From contig CAXXDV010000003.1 in NCBI GenBank assembly GCA_963674745.2, positions 1,344,001 to 1,408,000 on the forward strand: a stretch of 64,000 bases of DNA. The letters run 5' to 3'. Below, piece by piece: positions 9,631-20,161 of the stretch. The DNA is from Desulfosudaceae bacterium. GTDB taxonomy: Bacteria; Desulfobacterota; Desulfobacteria; Desulfobacterales; Desulfosudaceae. The notes below the pieces were generated by a model that made no database searches, was not told the DNA's origin, and saw nothing but the letters and a program-made list of their open reading frames with translations. Both the position numbers and the translations under genes were made by a program. Positions within the stretch are counted from its first letter, which is position 1. Each line of letters starts with the position of its first letter.

Positions 9631-10284
9631 ATGAAAAAGTCCTGTCTATTTTTACTCATGACAATTTTTGTTTCATTCTCATTGGCCTATGCCGATTTTT
9701 CAACTAATACCTTTGATGAATGTGGCGTTTATGTGCAAAAGCTGGAACGTGAAAAAAATAAATTAGATAACTTTGAGGATGAGGTAATCTCTCCAATGGT
9801 AAAGGAGATGCGCAGATTGAAAAAAACTGTAAATCATAGAATCCAGCGGCCCCGGGAGATTGAAATCAAAATTTCAAAGCTGGAAAATGGAATAAAAAAA
9901 CTTGAAATTGATATTAAGAAAAATATTAATAAAATCGACTTGCTAACCAAAGAGGCGGAAGCTTTTGAGGCCAAGGGCAAGCAGGTAGATGCCAGGAAGA
10001 AGAGAAAAAAAAGTGGAGAGCTGGAAAGACAAAATATCAATAAAACGTCAAGGATAGAAAGAAATTCCGGAAAAATTGATGATCTCAAGGAAGAAGCGGA
10101 AGAAATTAGAACTGCCCGGCAACCACTACCAAAGTTGGAAGAAGAATTAGCACAACTTGAAATGCAGCTTAAAGATCAGGAACAAATAAAAAAACATCTT
10201 AAGGAAAATGTTGTTTTTTACGAAAATACACTGGAAATGTGTCGTGACTACATACAACTTCGTATAGAGTGTGGTAGAAATTAA
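9631..10284 (+). CDS. Secreted coiled-coil hypothetical protein (AT-rich gene)
   Basis: AAGGAG RBS before ATG 9631; signal peptide ending AYA; K/E-rich heptads; Cys residues near both ends. Confidence 0.75.
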   Translation: MKKSCLFLLMTIFVSFSLAYADFSTNTFDECGVYVQKLEREKNKLDNFEDEVISPMVKEMRRLKKTVNHRIQRPREIEIKISKLENGIKKLEIDIKKNINKIDLLTKEAEAFEAKGKQVDARKKRKKSGELERQNINKTSRIERNSGKIDDLKEEAEEIRTARQPLPKLEEELAQLEMQLKDQEQIKKHLKENVVFYENTLEMCRDYIQLRIECGRN

Positions 10285-10399
10285 ATAGGGAAAAAAGATC
10301 CTGTCTGATTCGGGGTAAACTTTTAGGTGAGATAATGGGTTTTAATACGGTCCAGTTTTTAAACAACCTGGTGATAGTCGAATTTTTAGGCCAGGATGC

Positions 10400-10681
10400 T
10401 GACCCGTCCCCTATAATGACCCCACTTTAAGTGAGAGTTCCAAACATGCAACCTGGCGACGAGACCCTTTAAAAGTCTCGTCGCTCGCAAAAGGCAACAG
10501 GACTGATTCAGGTGCGGGTGGACGGTACCCCAAAGCGCTGTGTGGGCGAATGGTGTTATATTCTTGCCGCCAGTCCTCGATCAGCACCTGAGCCTCTTTC
10601 AAGGTATCAAAAAGCTCTCGATTGAGCCAATTCATCACGAAGCTTGCCGTTAAAACTTTCCACATATCCATTTTCCCAAGT
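10400..10681 (-). pseudogene. IS3-family transposase remnant (integrase-core C-terminus plus one terminal inverted repeat)
   Basis: WENGYVESFNGKLRDE continues by frameshift into LNRELF...WRQEYNTIRPHSALGY; IS3-like end TGACCCGTCCCC at 10400. Confidence 0.85.
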
Positions 10682-10740
10682 TTTTCCTTAACTTTCTATA
10701 TAGTCCAAATGTTATCCACACAAAGATTCACACACGGGAA

Positions 10741-10781
10741 AAAAAGAAGGGTTTACAGAATATCTGTAAACCCTTTATTTT
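10741..10781 (-). terminator. Terminator hairpin downstream of tRNA-Arg
   Basis: AAGGGTTTACAGA-ATA-TCTGTAAACCCTT flanked by A/T runs. Confidence 0.8.
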
Positions 10782-10783
10782 AG

Positions 10784-10861
<78 letters not shown>

Positions 10862-11089
10862 AATATATCGTTTTATGTTGATGTAGTTTCTAAATGATAG
10901 TAGGGATAATGTCAACAATAACTTGATTTAATATCGAAACAGGCGGATTTATTTTAAAAATATTATTAATTAACGTGTTTAAGTATGTTAAAAATTTGTC
11001 CGGGACAGGAAACCCGGCATTTTACAATCACTGGACGTTGTCACTGGATACAATGGCAGCGCTTGTCGGCTGATAACTTAGGGCAGGGG

Positions 11090-11542
11090 ATGAGTGATCA
11101 CGAAACATACATGCGCATGGCCCTCGGTCTTGCTCAGGAGGCCGGTGATCATGGTGAGGTCCCGGTGGGTGCCGTGCTGGTAGGTGGTTCCGGTGAAGTG
11201 CTTTCCACAGCCTTTAACCAGCCGATATCGTTAAGTGATCCGACGGCCCATGCAGAGATTATGGCATTGCGGGAAGCCGGTCGCAGGGTATTAAATTACC
11301 GATTGTTAAACACCACGCTCTATGTTACGATTGAGCCTTGTCTGATGTGCATGGGTGCCATCATACACGCCCGGGTAAAAACTGTTGTGTACGGCGCCCC
11401 TGATCCCAAATGGGGAGCAGCGGGTTCTTTATATAATTTAGCGGACGACAATCGACTGAATCACCACCCCGAGATTGTGGCGGGGGTTTGTGAAGAAGAA
11501 TGCCGTCAATTAATGCAATCGTTTTTCAGGGCCAGAAGATAA
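11090..11542 (+). CDS. tadA: tRNA adenosine(34) deaminase
   Basis: GEVPVGAV, DPTAHAE, TIEPCLMC, LNHH. Confidence 0.95.
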   Translation: MSDHETYMRMALGLAQEAGDHGEVPVGAVLVGGSGEVLSTAFNQPISLSDPTAHAEIMALREAGRRVLNYRLLNTTLYVTIEPCLMCMGAIIHARVKTVVYGAPDPKWGAAGSLYNLADDNRLNHHPEIVAGVCEEECRQLMQSFFRARR

Positions 11543-11554
11543 TCTTGAACTTGA

Positions 11555-12859
<1,305 letters not shown>

Positions 12860-12921
12860 ATAAAAGCATCTGATATTTTCCATTGACAACCTGATTCGTG
12901 TAAACTAAATATACAAAAAGT

Positions 12922-12998
12922 CGGGACGTGGCTCAGTCTGGTAGAGCACAGCGTTCGGGACGCTGGGGTCGCAAGTTCAAATCTTGCCGTCCCGACCA
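12922..12998 (+). tRNA. tRNA-Pro (anticodon CGG)
   Basis: CGGGACGTGGCTCAG...CAGCG-TT-CGG-GA-CGCTG...GTTCAAATC...CGTCCCGACCA. Confidence 0.97.
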
Positions 12999-13020
12999 CA
13001 ACTAAAAAGCGGGTGACAGC

Positions 13021-13722
13021 ATGGACATGGACGCATCCACTTACACTATTGAGTACGAGTTCTGTTTTGATGACAACAGCCAGAAAAATTTCAAGATAGA
13101 ACTTGATTCCGATACGATTTCCATCATCCATCCTCAACCGACAGAATTCCCGGCATGGACGTCTCTGGACAATGAGCAGTGCGAATGCTGTCCGCTGACC
13201 CTGGAAGACACACCATATTGTCCCATAGCGGTCAATATGGCCGAACTGGTGGAAGAATTCAAAAACACCTTTTCCCATGATACCTGCCTTGTATACTGCA
13301 AGACACTTGAGCGGACCTATCAAAAACAGACATCCGTTCAGGAAGGGCTTTTTTCCATCATGGGAATTATCATGGCCACCAGCAATTGCCCGGTGATGAA
13401 CCTTTTTAAACCCATGGCACGTTTTCATCTGCCGTTTTCAACGATTCAGGAAACCATGGTCCGTTCCGCCTCCATGTACCTGCTTCGCCAGTATTTTGTT
13501 CATAAAAAAGGAAAAAATCCGGACCTGGACATGGAAAAGCTCGACGCGCATTATGAAAATGTCCAGAAGGTCAACAAAGGCATTCTGGCCCGTATCGGCA
13601 GTGTTGTCGAAAAGGATGCGGACAAAAACGCGATCATTATTCTCAATTCCCTGGCCCAGCTCTTCAACGTGGAAATCGATGATAATCTGACATCGGTTTA
13701 TTACCTGTTCGACATTGATTGA
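13021..13722 (+). CDS. Conserved hypothetical protein with Cys cluster (CxCCP...CP)
   Basis: 233-aa ORF; PAWTSL..QCECCPL, KPMARFHLPF. Confidence 0.75.
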   Translation: MDMDASTYTIEYEFCFDDNSQKNFKIELDSDTISIIHPQPTEFPAWTSLDNEQCECCPLTLEDTPYCPIAVNMAELVEEFKNTFSHDTCLVYCKTLERTYQKQTSVQEGLFSIMGIIMATSNCPVMNLFKPMARFHLPFSTIQETMVRSASMYLLRQYFVHKKGKNPDLDMEKLDAHYENVQKVNKGILARIGSVVEKDADKNAIIILNSLAQLFNVEIDDNLTSVYYLFDID

Positions 13723-13854
13723 TACCCGCCGGCTTTTGCCATCTGTTTTACCCGGTTATTCTCCTGCTCCTTTTATTCCTTCCGCACTGGTATATTGAAA
13801 ATCCGTTCAGTTTTTATTATAATGATTAAAATGGAACCAGGTGGAAGGTAGGTT

Positions 13855-15132
13855 ATGAAAAACCGGTCGAGGGTGATCGAAGAATTACTGGCAAAAGGTG
13901 TTTCCATTCCGGCACCGGAAAGCGTGGAAATTGACGAGAGCGTTTCCGTTGACCGGATTTCCGCTGACGGGGTCACCATTCACGCCGGATGCCGGGTTTA
14001 CGGGGCGTCCACCTACATTTCACGGGACGTGTCGATTGGCCGGGAAGGACCGGTGACGATTCAAAACTGCCAGATCGGACCGCAAGCCCGCCTGGGCGGT
14101 GGTTTCTATACTGACGCGGTATTTCTGGAAGGCGTCAAAACCGGGGCCAACGCGCATGTCCGTGAGGGCACGATCATGGAGGAGGCCAGCAGCCTGGCTC
14201 ACGCGGTCGGCCTGAAACAGACGATACTGTTTCCCTTTGTTACGCTGGGCAGTCTGATCAATTTCTGTGATTGCCTGATGACCGGGGGAACGGACAGCAA
14301 AAATCACAGTGAAGTGGGCAGCTCGTATATTCATTTCAATTTTTCACCCAACCAGGACAAGGCAACGCCATCGTTGTTCGGTGATGTACCGCGGGGTGTC
14401 ATGCTGCGTCAACGGCCGATTTTCCTGGGAGGGCAGGGCGGTGCTGTGGGACCCCTGCATCTGGCTTTCGGTTCGGTTACGGCGGCGGGTACGATCTGCC
14501 GGAAAGATGAGTTCAATTCCGGCAAACTGATTATCGGGAGAACCCTCAAGGGCGGAACAATAGAGTATTCACCCGGCATATATCCGAATATTAACAGAAT
14601 TGTCGCCAACAATATTAATTATATTGCCAATCTGATCGCCCTGCTGCGCTGGTACGAAAGTGTCCGTGCCATGTTTGTTCATTCCGAACGATTCCCTGAC
14701 GCGTTACTTGAGGGGTTGAAAGAAAAAATAAACATGGGGGTTGCAGAACGGATAAAACGTTTTGAAGGATTATGCGAAAAGATGCCGTATGCCATCGCCC
14801 TGATTACGCGTGAGGATGACCGGCCGACAGTACTCCTTGAACAGAAGCAGGAACTTCTTGCAAAGAAAGAAATCGTTCCTGAGTTATTGCGGCTGATGAT
14901 CAAGTCAGAAGCCGGAGATGAACGTATGAAAAATTTATTTCTGGAAGGATTAAGCCAGGCCCGCCTTGAATCTGATCCTGATTATCTATCTGCCATTAAA
15001 TCATTAAAGCAGGCGGATGTTAATAACGGCACGGTCTGGTTGAGATCTGTTGTTGATTCTGTTGTTGACCGGATCGGTGACGTTCTGCCTTCGTTCAGTT
15101 TAATGACCAAACGACAAAATAAAATGATATGA
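13855..15132 (+). CDS. GlmU-like left-handed beta-helix protein lacking the N-terminal uridyltransferase domain
   Basis: Begins at the GlmU hinge (LLAKGVSIPAP..V.ID), has hexapeptide-like repeats, and overlaps glmM (ATGA). Confidence 0.7.
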   Translation: MKNRSRVIEELLAKGVSIPAPESVEIDESVSVDRISADGVTIHAGCRVYGASTYISRDVSIGREGPVTIQNCQIGPQARLGGGFYTDAVFLEGVKTGANAHVREGTIMEEASSLAHAVGLKQTILFPFVTLGSLINFCDCLMTGGTDSKNHSEVGSSYIHFNFSPNQDKATPSLFGDVPRGVMLRQRPIFLGGQGGAVGPLHLAFGSVTAAGTICRKDEFNSGKLIIGRTLKGGTIEYSPGIYPNINRIVANNINYIANLIALLRWYESVRAMFVHSERFPDALLEGLKEKINMGVAERIKRFEGLCEKMPYAIALITREDDRPTVLLEQKQELLAKKEIVPELLRLMIKSEAGDERMKNLFLEGLSQARLESDPDYLSAIKSLKQADVNNGTVWLRSVVDSVVDRIGDVLPSFSLMTKRQNKMI

Positions 15133-16472
15133 CCAGGCTTTTTGGTACGGATGGAATCCGGGGAACCGCCGGTGAATACCCCTTGACAGTGGATATGGTC
15201 ACGGCAATCGGCCGGGTGGTGGCCGGTTTCTTTGCAGAACAAAACAGGGCTGAACCGACAACCATTATTGTTGGTAAAGACACCCGTGAATCCGGGGATA
15301 TGCTTGCCAGCGCCTTGTGCGCGGGTATCTGCTCCATGGGTGTAAACGTCTGTATGACCGGGGTTATGCCGACACCGGGCGTCGCCTTTCTTACCCTTGA
15401 CCGCAAAGCGGATGCCGGTATTGTTCTTTCCGCTTCTCACAATCCCTACATGGACAACGGGATTAAAATATTTCATCATCTGGGGTACAAGCTTTCAGTC
15501 GCCCGGGAGATGGAACTGGAGACACGTATCCTCTCCGCCCGTGAACTGTCTGTTTCCGACAACAATCGGATGGGCCGGATTTTTTACATGCATGATGCCG
15601 TCAGCCTTTACGCTGATTTCTTAAACAGCATCCGCGAACGATATCCCTTTGATCAGCCAAAACTGGTTGTGGATTGTGCCAACGGCGCCGTGTCGGGTAT
15701 AGCCGAAAAGGTGTTTCCCGAAGCAACGGTTTTATTCAACTCACCGGACGGCAAGAACATCAACAATGATTGTGGTTCAGAATATCCCCGGGCCCTTTGC
15801 CGCAAAGTAGTGGCGCAGGGGGCTGCTGCCGGATTCGCTTTTGACGGTGACGGTGACAGGGTGATCGCGGCTGACGAAAAGGGGAGTGTGATATCCGGTG
15901 ACCGCCTCATCGCGGTTTGTGCCGCTTATTTTAAAGAAAAGGGGCTTCTTAAAAACAATACGGTTGTCACTACGGTGATGAGCAATATCGGGCTGACCCG
16001 CTTTCTGCGTGAACAGGATATTGCGCATCTCATGACCGACGTGGGCGACCGGCACGTACTGGAAAAAATGCTGGACAGCGGCGCGGTCATCGGTGGTGAG
16101 GATTCCGGGCATATCATATTTTCAGATTACCAGACAACCGGTGACGGGATGCTGACCGCCCTGATGATCTGCGGCATAATGGCACAGACCGAAAAACCGT
16201 TATCCGAACTGGTCGCCTGCATGACTGTCTATCCACAGGAACTGGTCAATGTTCCTGTGAGGGAGAAGACCGATCTGGATACAATTGAATCGGTTCAGAA
16301 TGCGATCAAGGCCGTTGAAGCGGACCTTGGTGAATCAGGCCGTGTGCTGGTAAGGTATTCAGGAACCCAGCCCCTTTGCCGGGTGATGGTTGAGGCCGGG
16401 TCTTCCAGCCGGGCCAAAGAGGCTGCCGGACGGATTGTTGAGGCCATTCGTCTTGAAATCGGTTCATCTTAA
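15129..16472 (+). CDS. glmM: Phosphoglucosamine mutase
   Basis: FGTDGIRG, SASHNP, DGDGDR, GGEDSGH, RYSGTQP. Confidence 0.95.
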   Translation: MTRLFGTDGIRGTAGEYPLTVDMVTAIGRVVAGFFAEQNRAEPTTIIVGKDTRESGDMLASALCAGICSMGVNVCMTGVMPTPGVAFLTLDRKADAGIVLSASHNPYMDNGIKIFHHLGYKLSVAREMELETRILSARELSVSDNNRMGRIFYMHDAVSLYADFLNSIRERYPFDQPKLVVDCANGAVSGIAEKVFPEATVLFNSPDGKNINNDCGSEYPRALCRKVVAQGAAAGFAFDGDGDRVIAADEKGSVISGDRLIAVCAAYFKEKGLLKNNTVVTTVMSNIGLTRFLREQDIAHLMTDVGDRHVLEKMLDSGAVIGGEDSGHIIFSDYQTTGDGMLTALMICGIMAQTEKPLSELVACMTVYPQELVNVPVREKTDLDTIESVQNAIKAVEADLGESGRVLVRYSGTQPLCRVMVEAGSSSRAKEAAGRIVEAIRLEIGSS

Positions 16473-16553
16473 GGCAGGTTTTTAAATCAGGCTTTTCGGA
16501 TTGTTTCATTTCGGAGAAGCGTTGACGTTTTTTATACACAAAAAGGAGAAGTG

Positions 16554-18131
16554 ATGAAAATAACATTTCATGGCGCGACTGGAGAAGTGACCGGTTCAAT
16601 GCATTTATTACAGACAGACAGTGATAACGTCCTGCTCGACTGCGGCCTTTTCCAGGGCAGGAGGGCCGAGGCAGCCCAAAAAAACCGCACCGCTCCGTTT
16701 GATCCATCCATATTAACCAATATTGTCCTTTCCCATGCCCATATCGATCATTCGGGCAGACTTCCGATGATGGTTCGGCAGGGTTTCGGCGGACGAATCC
16801 TGTCCACCCGCGCCACCGAAGATGTCTGCGATTACATGCTCATGGACGCGGCCCATATCCAGGAGTCAGATGCGCAGTACCTCAATTACAAGGCTGTTCG
16901 AAACGCCGTCCATAAAAAAACAAGCGGGAAAAAAGGGGGCGGCGGTTCACACCGGGAGTTGAAAGAAGCCGCCAAGTTGCTGAAAAAGGGCAAATCAGGC
17001 CTCAATGCGGAGCAGATCGGAAAACTGGCGTCAAAACTGGGTGTATCCATGGCCGAACCCCTTTACACCATGCTCGATGCCACCAACGCCCTGTCGTGTT
17101 TTGAAGGCATTCCCTACCGGACACCCGTTGAGATTGGAAAGAATATGACGGTTACGTTCTACGAAGCCGGTCATATCCTGGGATCAGCCATCAGTATTAT
17201 CAAATATAAGGAACAGGGCAGGGAGAAGAAAATCTGTTTTACCGGCGATCTCGGCCGGTTCGGCAAAGCCATTATCCGGGACCCCAACCTTGATTTTGCG
17301 CCTGAAGACCGGGATATCGATCTGTTGATCATCGAAAGCACTTACGGCGACAGGGAGCACGGCCCGGTAAGTGATTTAACGGCCAGAATGAATTCGGTTT
17401 TATCAGAGACGCTAGACAGAAACGGCACGGTGGTGATTCCGGCATTTGCTTACGGACGCACACAGGAAATGCTTTATGCCATTCATGAGATTTATAATAC
17501 CAACAACATCAAGCATGTTCCCGTTTATGTCGACAGTCCGCTGGCCAGCAAGCTGACCCGGGTTTTTGTCGAACATCCGGAAGTCTATGATGGTGAAACC
17601 CACAAAACGTTTCTTGAAATCGGCGAAAACCCCTTCGTGTTTAAAGAACTCGGTTTTGTCAAGTCGGTTGAAGAATCAATGGTATTAATGAGAGACAAAA
17701 CCCCCCATATCGTCATATCCGCATCGGGTATGTGTGAATTCGGCCGTATCCTGCATCATCTCCGCTACAAAATTCACAACCCCGCCAACACCATTTTAAT
17801 TGTCGGCTATATGGCGGAACATACCCTGGGACGGAAAATCCTGGAAGAGGGCAGGAAATATGAAAAGTCGGGCCGGAAAACAGAGCCCCCGATAATGAAG
17901 TTTTTTGGTAAAGAATACCCTTTAAAGGCTCATGTGTCTAAGATTGACGGGTTCAGCGCCCACGGGGACAAGCACGAGTTGATGCGGTTTGTCAAAGAAT
18001 CAAACCTGAACATTAAAAAAGCCGCCGTTGTTCATGGTGAGGCCGAACAGTCCCTGGCGTTTTCCAAGGCGCTTGAGGGGGAAGGCATAGAGACGGTTGT
18101 GCCGGTACCGGGCCAGACGGTTTCGATATAA
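16554..18131 (+). CDS. MBL-fold beta-CASP metallo-hydrolase (RNA-processing exonuclease family)
   Basis: SHAHIDHSG, AGHILGS, TGDLG, ESTYG, FSAHGD, VHGE. Confidence 0.9.
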   Translation: MKITFHGATGEVTGSMHLLQTDSDNVLLDCGLFQGRRAEAAQKNRTAPFDPSILTNIVLSHAHIDHSGRLPMMVRQGFGGRILSTRATEDVCDYMLMDAAHIQESDAQYLNYKAVRNAVHKKTSGKKGGGGSHRELKEAAKLLKKGKSGLNAEQIGKLASKLGVSMAEPLYTMLDATNALSCFEGIPYRTPVEIGKNMTVTFYEAGHILGSAISIIKYKEQGREKKICFTGDLGRFGKAIIRDPNLDFAPEDRDIDLLIIESTYGDREHGPVSDLTARMNSVLSETLDRNGTVVIPAFAYGRTQEMLYAIHEIYNTNNIKHVPVYVDSPLASKLTRVFVEHPEVYDGETHKTFLEIGENPFVFKELGFVKSVEESMVLMRDKTPHIVISASGMCEFGRILHHLRYKIHNPANTILIVGYMAEHTLGRKILEEGRKYEKSGRKTEPPIMKFFGKEYPLKAHVSKIDGFSAHGDKHELMRFVKESNLNIKKAAVVHGEAEQSLAFSKALEGEGIETVVPVPGQTVSI

Positions 18132-18133
18132 AC

Positions 18134-18190
18134 GTGGGGGTACCCTCCTGTAACCGCTAGATAAACGGGTACCCAAGGGGGAGTGCCCCT
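18134..18190. repeat. Degenerate REP-like inverted doublet between convergent genes
   Basis: GTGGGGGTACCCTCCTGTAACCGC...GGGTACCCAAGGGGGAGTGCCCCT resembles the element at 60632-60692. Confidence 0.5.
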
Positions 18191-18219
18191 TTTTCTTTAT
18201 TTATTCGAAAGGATAGGTA

Positions 18220-18933
18220 TTAATCTCTGCCGCCGCCGAGAATGTTAAGCAGGAACTGAAACATGAGAATAAAGTCAAGATAAAGTGTCAGAGCGCCCAT
18301 AATGGCGCCTTTTCTGACCACTCCGGCATCCAGGCCTTGCGGCTGGGTCAGGGCCATATTTTTCAGTTTCTGGGTATCATATGCGGTAAGGCCGACAAAA
18401 ATAAACACACCAAGATAGTTAATAATCATGGTGAGCCCGGAGTGATGGAAGAAAAAATTGACAATCATGGCAATGAAAAGGCCGATAAAGCCCATCATCA
18501 TGAACTGTCCCATGCCGGTTAAATCCCGTTTGGTCACCATGCCGTAGATGCTGCATGTGCCGAATGTGGCTGCAGTGATAAAAAATGCCGAAGCGATGGT
18601 AGCCTTGGCAAAGGCAAGGAAAATGACGGACATGGTCAGGCCGTTGAGCATGGCGTAGATGACAAACATTGCCGTTGCTGTTTTGGCTTCCATTTTGGCG
18701 ATTTTGAAAGACAGGTAAAACACCAGGCCCAGTTCAGCAATTATAAGGGGTATGAAAAGACGCAAAACGACAGAAAGAATAGCAGGTTGTGAAGCCACAT
18801 AAAAAGCGATAATACCGGTAAGGGCGAGACCGACCGTCATCCAGTTGTAAACACTCTGGATGAAAGAGTTCACCACAGAACGGGTTTGAGTGGTTTCTCT
18901 GGCAAAAACAGGTTCGTTCATTGAATCCTCCAT
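18220..18933 (-). CDS. Bax inhibitor-1/YccA family membrane protein
   Basis: VYNWM..GL, TKRDL, GLTAYDTQKLK, GALTLYLDF; ~7 transmembrane helices. Confidence 0.92.
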   Translation of the reverse strand: MEDSMNEPVFARETTQTRSVVNSFIQSVYNWMTVGLALTGIIAFYVASQPAILSVVLRLFIPLIIAELGLVFYLSFKIAKMEAKTATAMFVIYAMLNGLTMSVIFLAFAKATIASAFFITAATFGTCSIYGMVTKRDLTGMGQFMMMGFIGLFIAMIVNFFFHHSGLTMIINYLGVFIFVGLTAYDTQKLKNMALTQPQGLDAGVVRKGAIMGALTLYLDFILMFQFLLNILGGGRD

Positions 18934-19082
18934 ATTCTTGATTCTTTAATTACGTTGATTACGTTTTTATAATTTGTTTTGTCCCGGTTGATTTTGGGAT
19001 TGCTAAATTTTTACAAATAATATAACACCTTTTTTAGGCATTTCAACCATGATAACGCTTTGCTCATAATAAAGTATTTAAA

Positions 19083-19346
19083 ATGAAACCCGATCAGCTC
19101 TATCATAACCTGAAAGAAACAGCCGAAAAGGTCGGGATAACGGTCAAGGAATCCAATTTTAAAAATACCGGCATCCATGTATCAAGCGGGTTATGCAAAA
19201 TCCGTGAAGAACAGTTTTTTATCATGGACAAGCGCCTGACCATTCGTGAAAAAATCGAAACCCTGGCTGAATGCTTAAGAGAGATGAATCTCGAAGCTGT
19301 TTATATTGTACCGGCCATCCGTGAACTTCTACAGCCACGCTCTTAA
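19083..19346 (+). CDS. Small conserved hypothetical protein
   Basis: 87-aa ORF with SGLCKI and VYIVPAIRELL motifs. Confidence 0.7.
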   Translation: MKPDQLYHNLKETAEKVGITVKESNFKNTGIHVSSGLCKIREEQFFIMDKRLTIREKIETLAECLREMNLEAVYIVPAIRELLQPRS

Positions 19347-19429
19347 TCCCGGCAGGCAGGGCACAATACCTGTTGCCTGAAGCCGGATTCCTGACATTCC
19401 CTCGACAACCTTATTTTTATAAATCTAAA

Positions 19430-19457
19430 AGTTTACATAATATATCTTATCAGACGT
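19430..19457 (-). other. Putative chromosomal dif site (XerC/XerD recombination)
   Basis: Minus strand ACGTCTGATAA-GATATA-TTATGTAAACT; 11-6-11 layout like E. coli dif (GGTGCGCATAA-TGTATA-TTATGTTAAAT); lies in an ~800-bp AT-rich intergenic gap. Confidence 0.8.
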
Positions 19458-19981
19458 TATGGGTACGGCATATTGTTTTTAGACGGATTTTAAAGCCCGT
19501 GCGGTAAAAACCAGATACTACCGCACCTTTATTCGTTTTTTTTCAGCACGGTCAGATTCAAGTATCATTAATATATTTATTTCCAGGAAGTCCTGTAATC
19601 AGACATTATCTTTTACCTGGCTTATGACCGGATAAAAACGTGTTAATATTTTTCCGGGCTTTAAAAGATAAGAGCGTAAAATAAATCAAGGTGGCGGCAC
19701 GTAAAATATAAGGTATTCATCGTAGCGCAGCCGGCCGAATTGCTTCAATAGAATTTTATACAAAGCCCAAAAACTTAATATAAGAGTTTATTTTTTTATA
19801 TTTAATTGTTTGAAATAAATCATTTTATTGTTTTAATGAATTTTTTTTGTCCAGCCACGCCCTTGATTCTGCTGCCCGATATCATGACAAAACCATATAA
19901 AATCAAACACATATGTAGCGCATGAAACCTCAAAAAACGCCAAGGGACTGTCGTTTTTGATTTTTTTGACAACCGGTGATT

Positions 19982-20029
19982 CTACAACATGTTGTGTAAT
20001 GGTTAATATTTTTATACCCTAAATTGTGT
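19982..20029. promoter_or_regulatory. Tandem NrdR-box-like sites upstream of smc
   Basis: CTACAACATGTTGTGT (19982-19997) and ATACCCTAAATTGTGT (20014-20029), 32 bp start-to-start, resembling acaCwAtATaTwGtgt. Confidence 0.5.
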
Positions 20030-20161
20030 TTTTTTCTTTACAAACGGAAAATGCTTTGATACTTCTCTATTCAAACAATCCAGCAAAAAACAACTTGTAC
20101 TGCTATCTCTTAATCCAATTATTATCTGCCCGGTTTTAATAAGTGGCAGGAGGAGTGTTCA

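Noticed and set aside
10712..10720. Perfect DnaA box TTATCCACA
   Set aside because: Single copy with no cluster or dnaA context, and the region looks like the terminus; probably chance.
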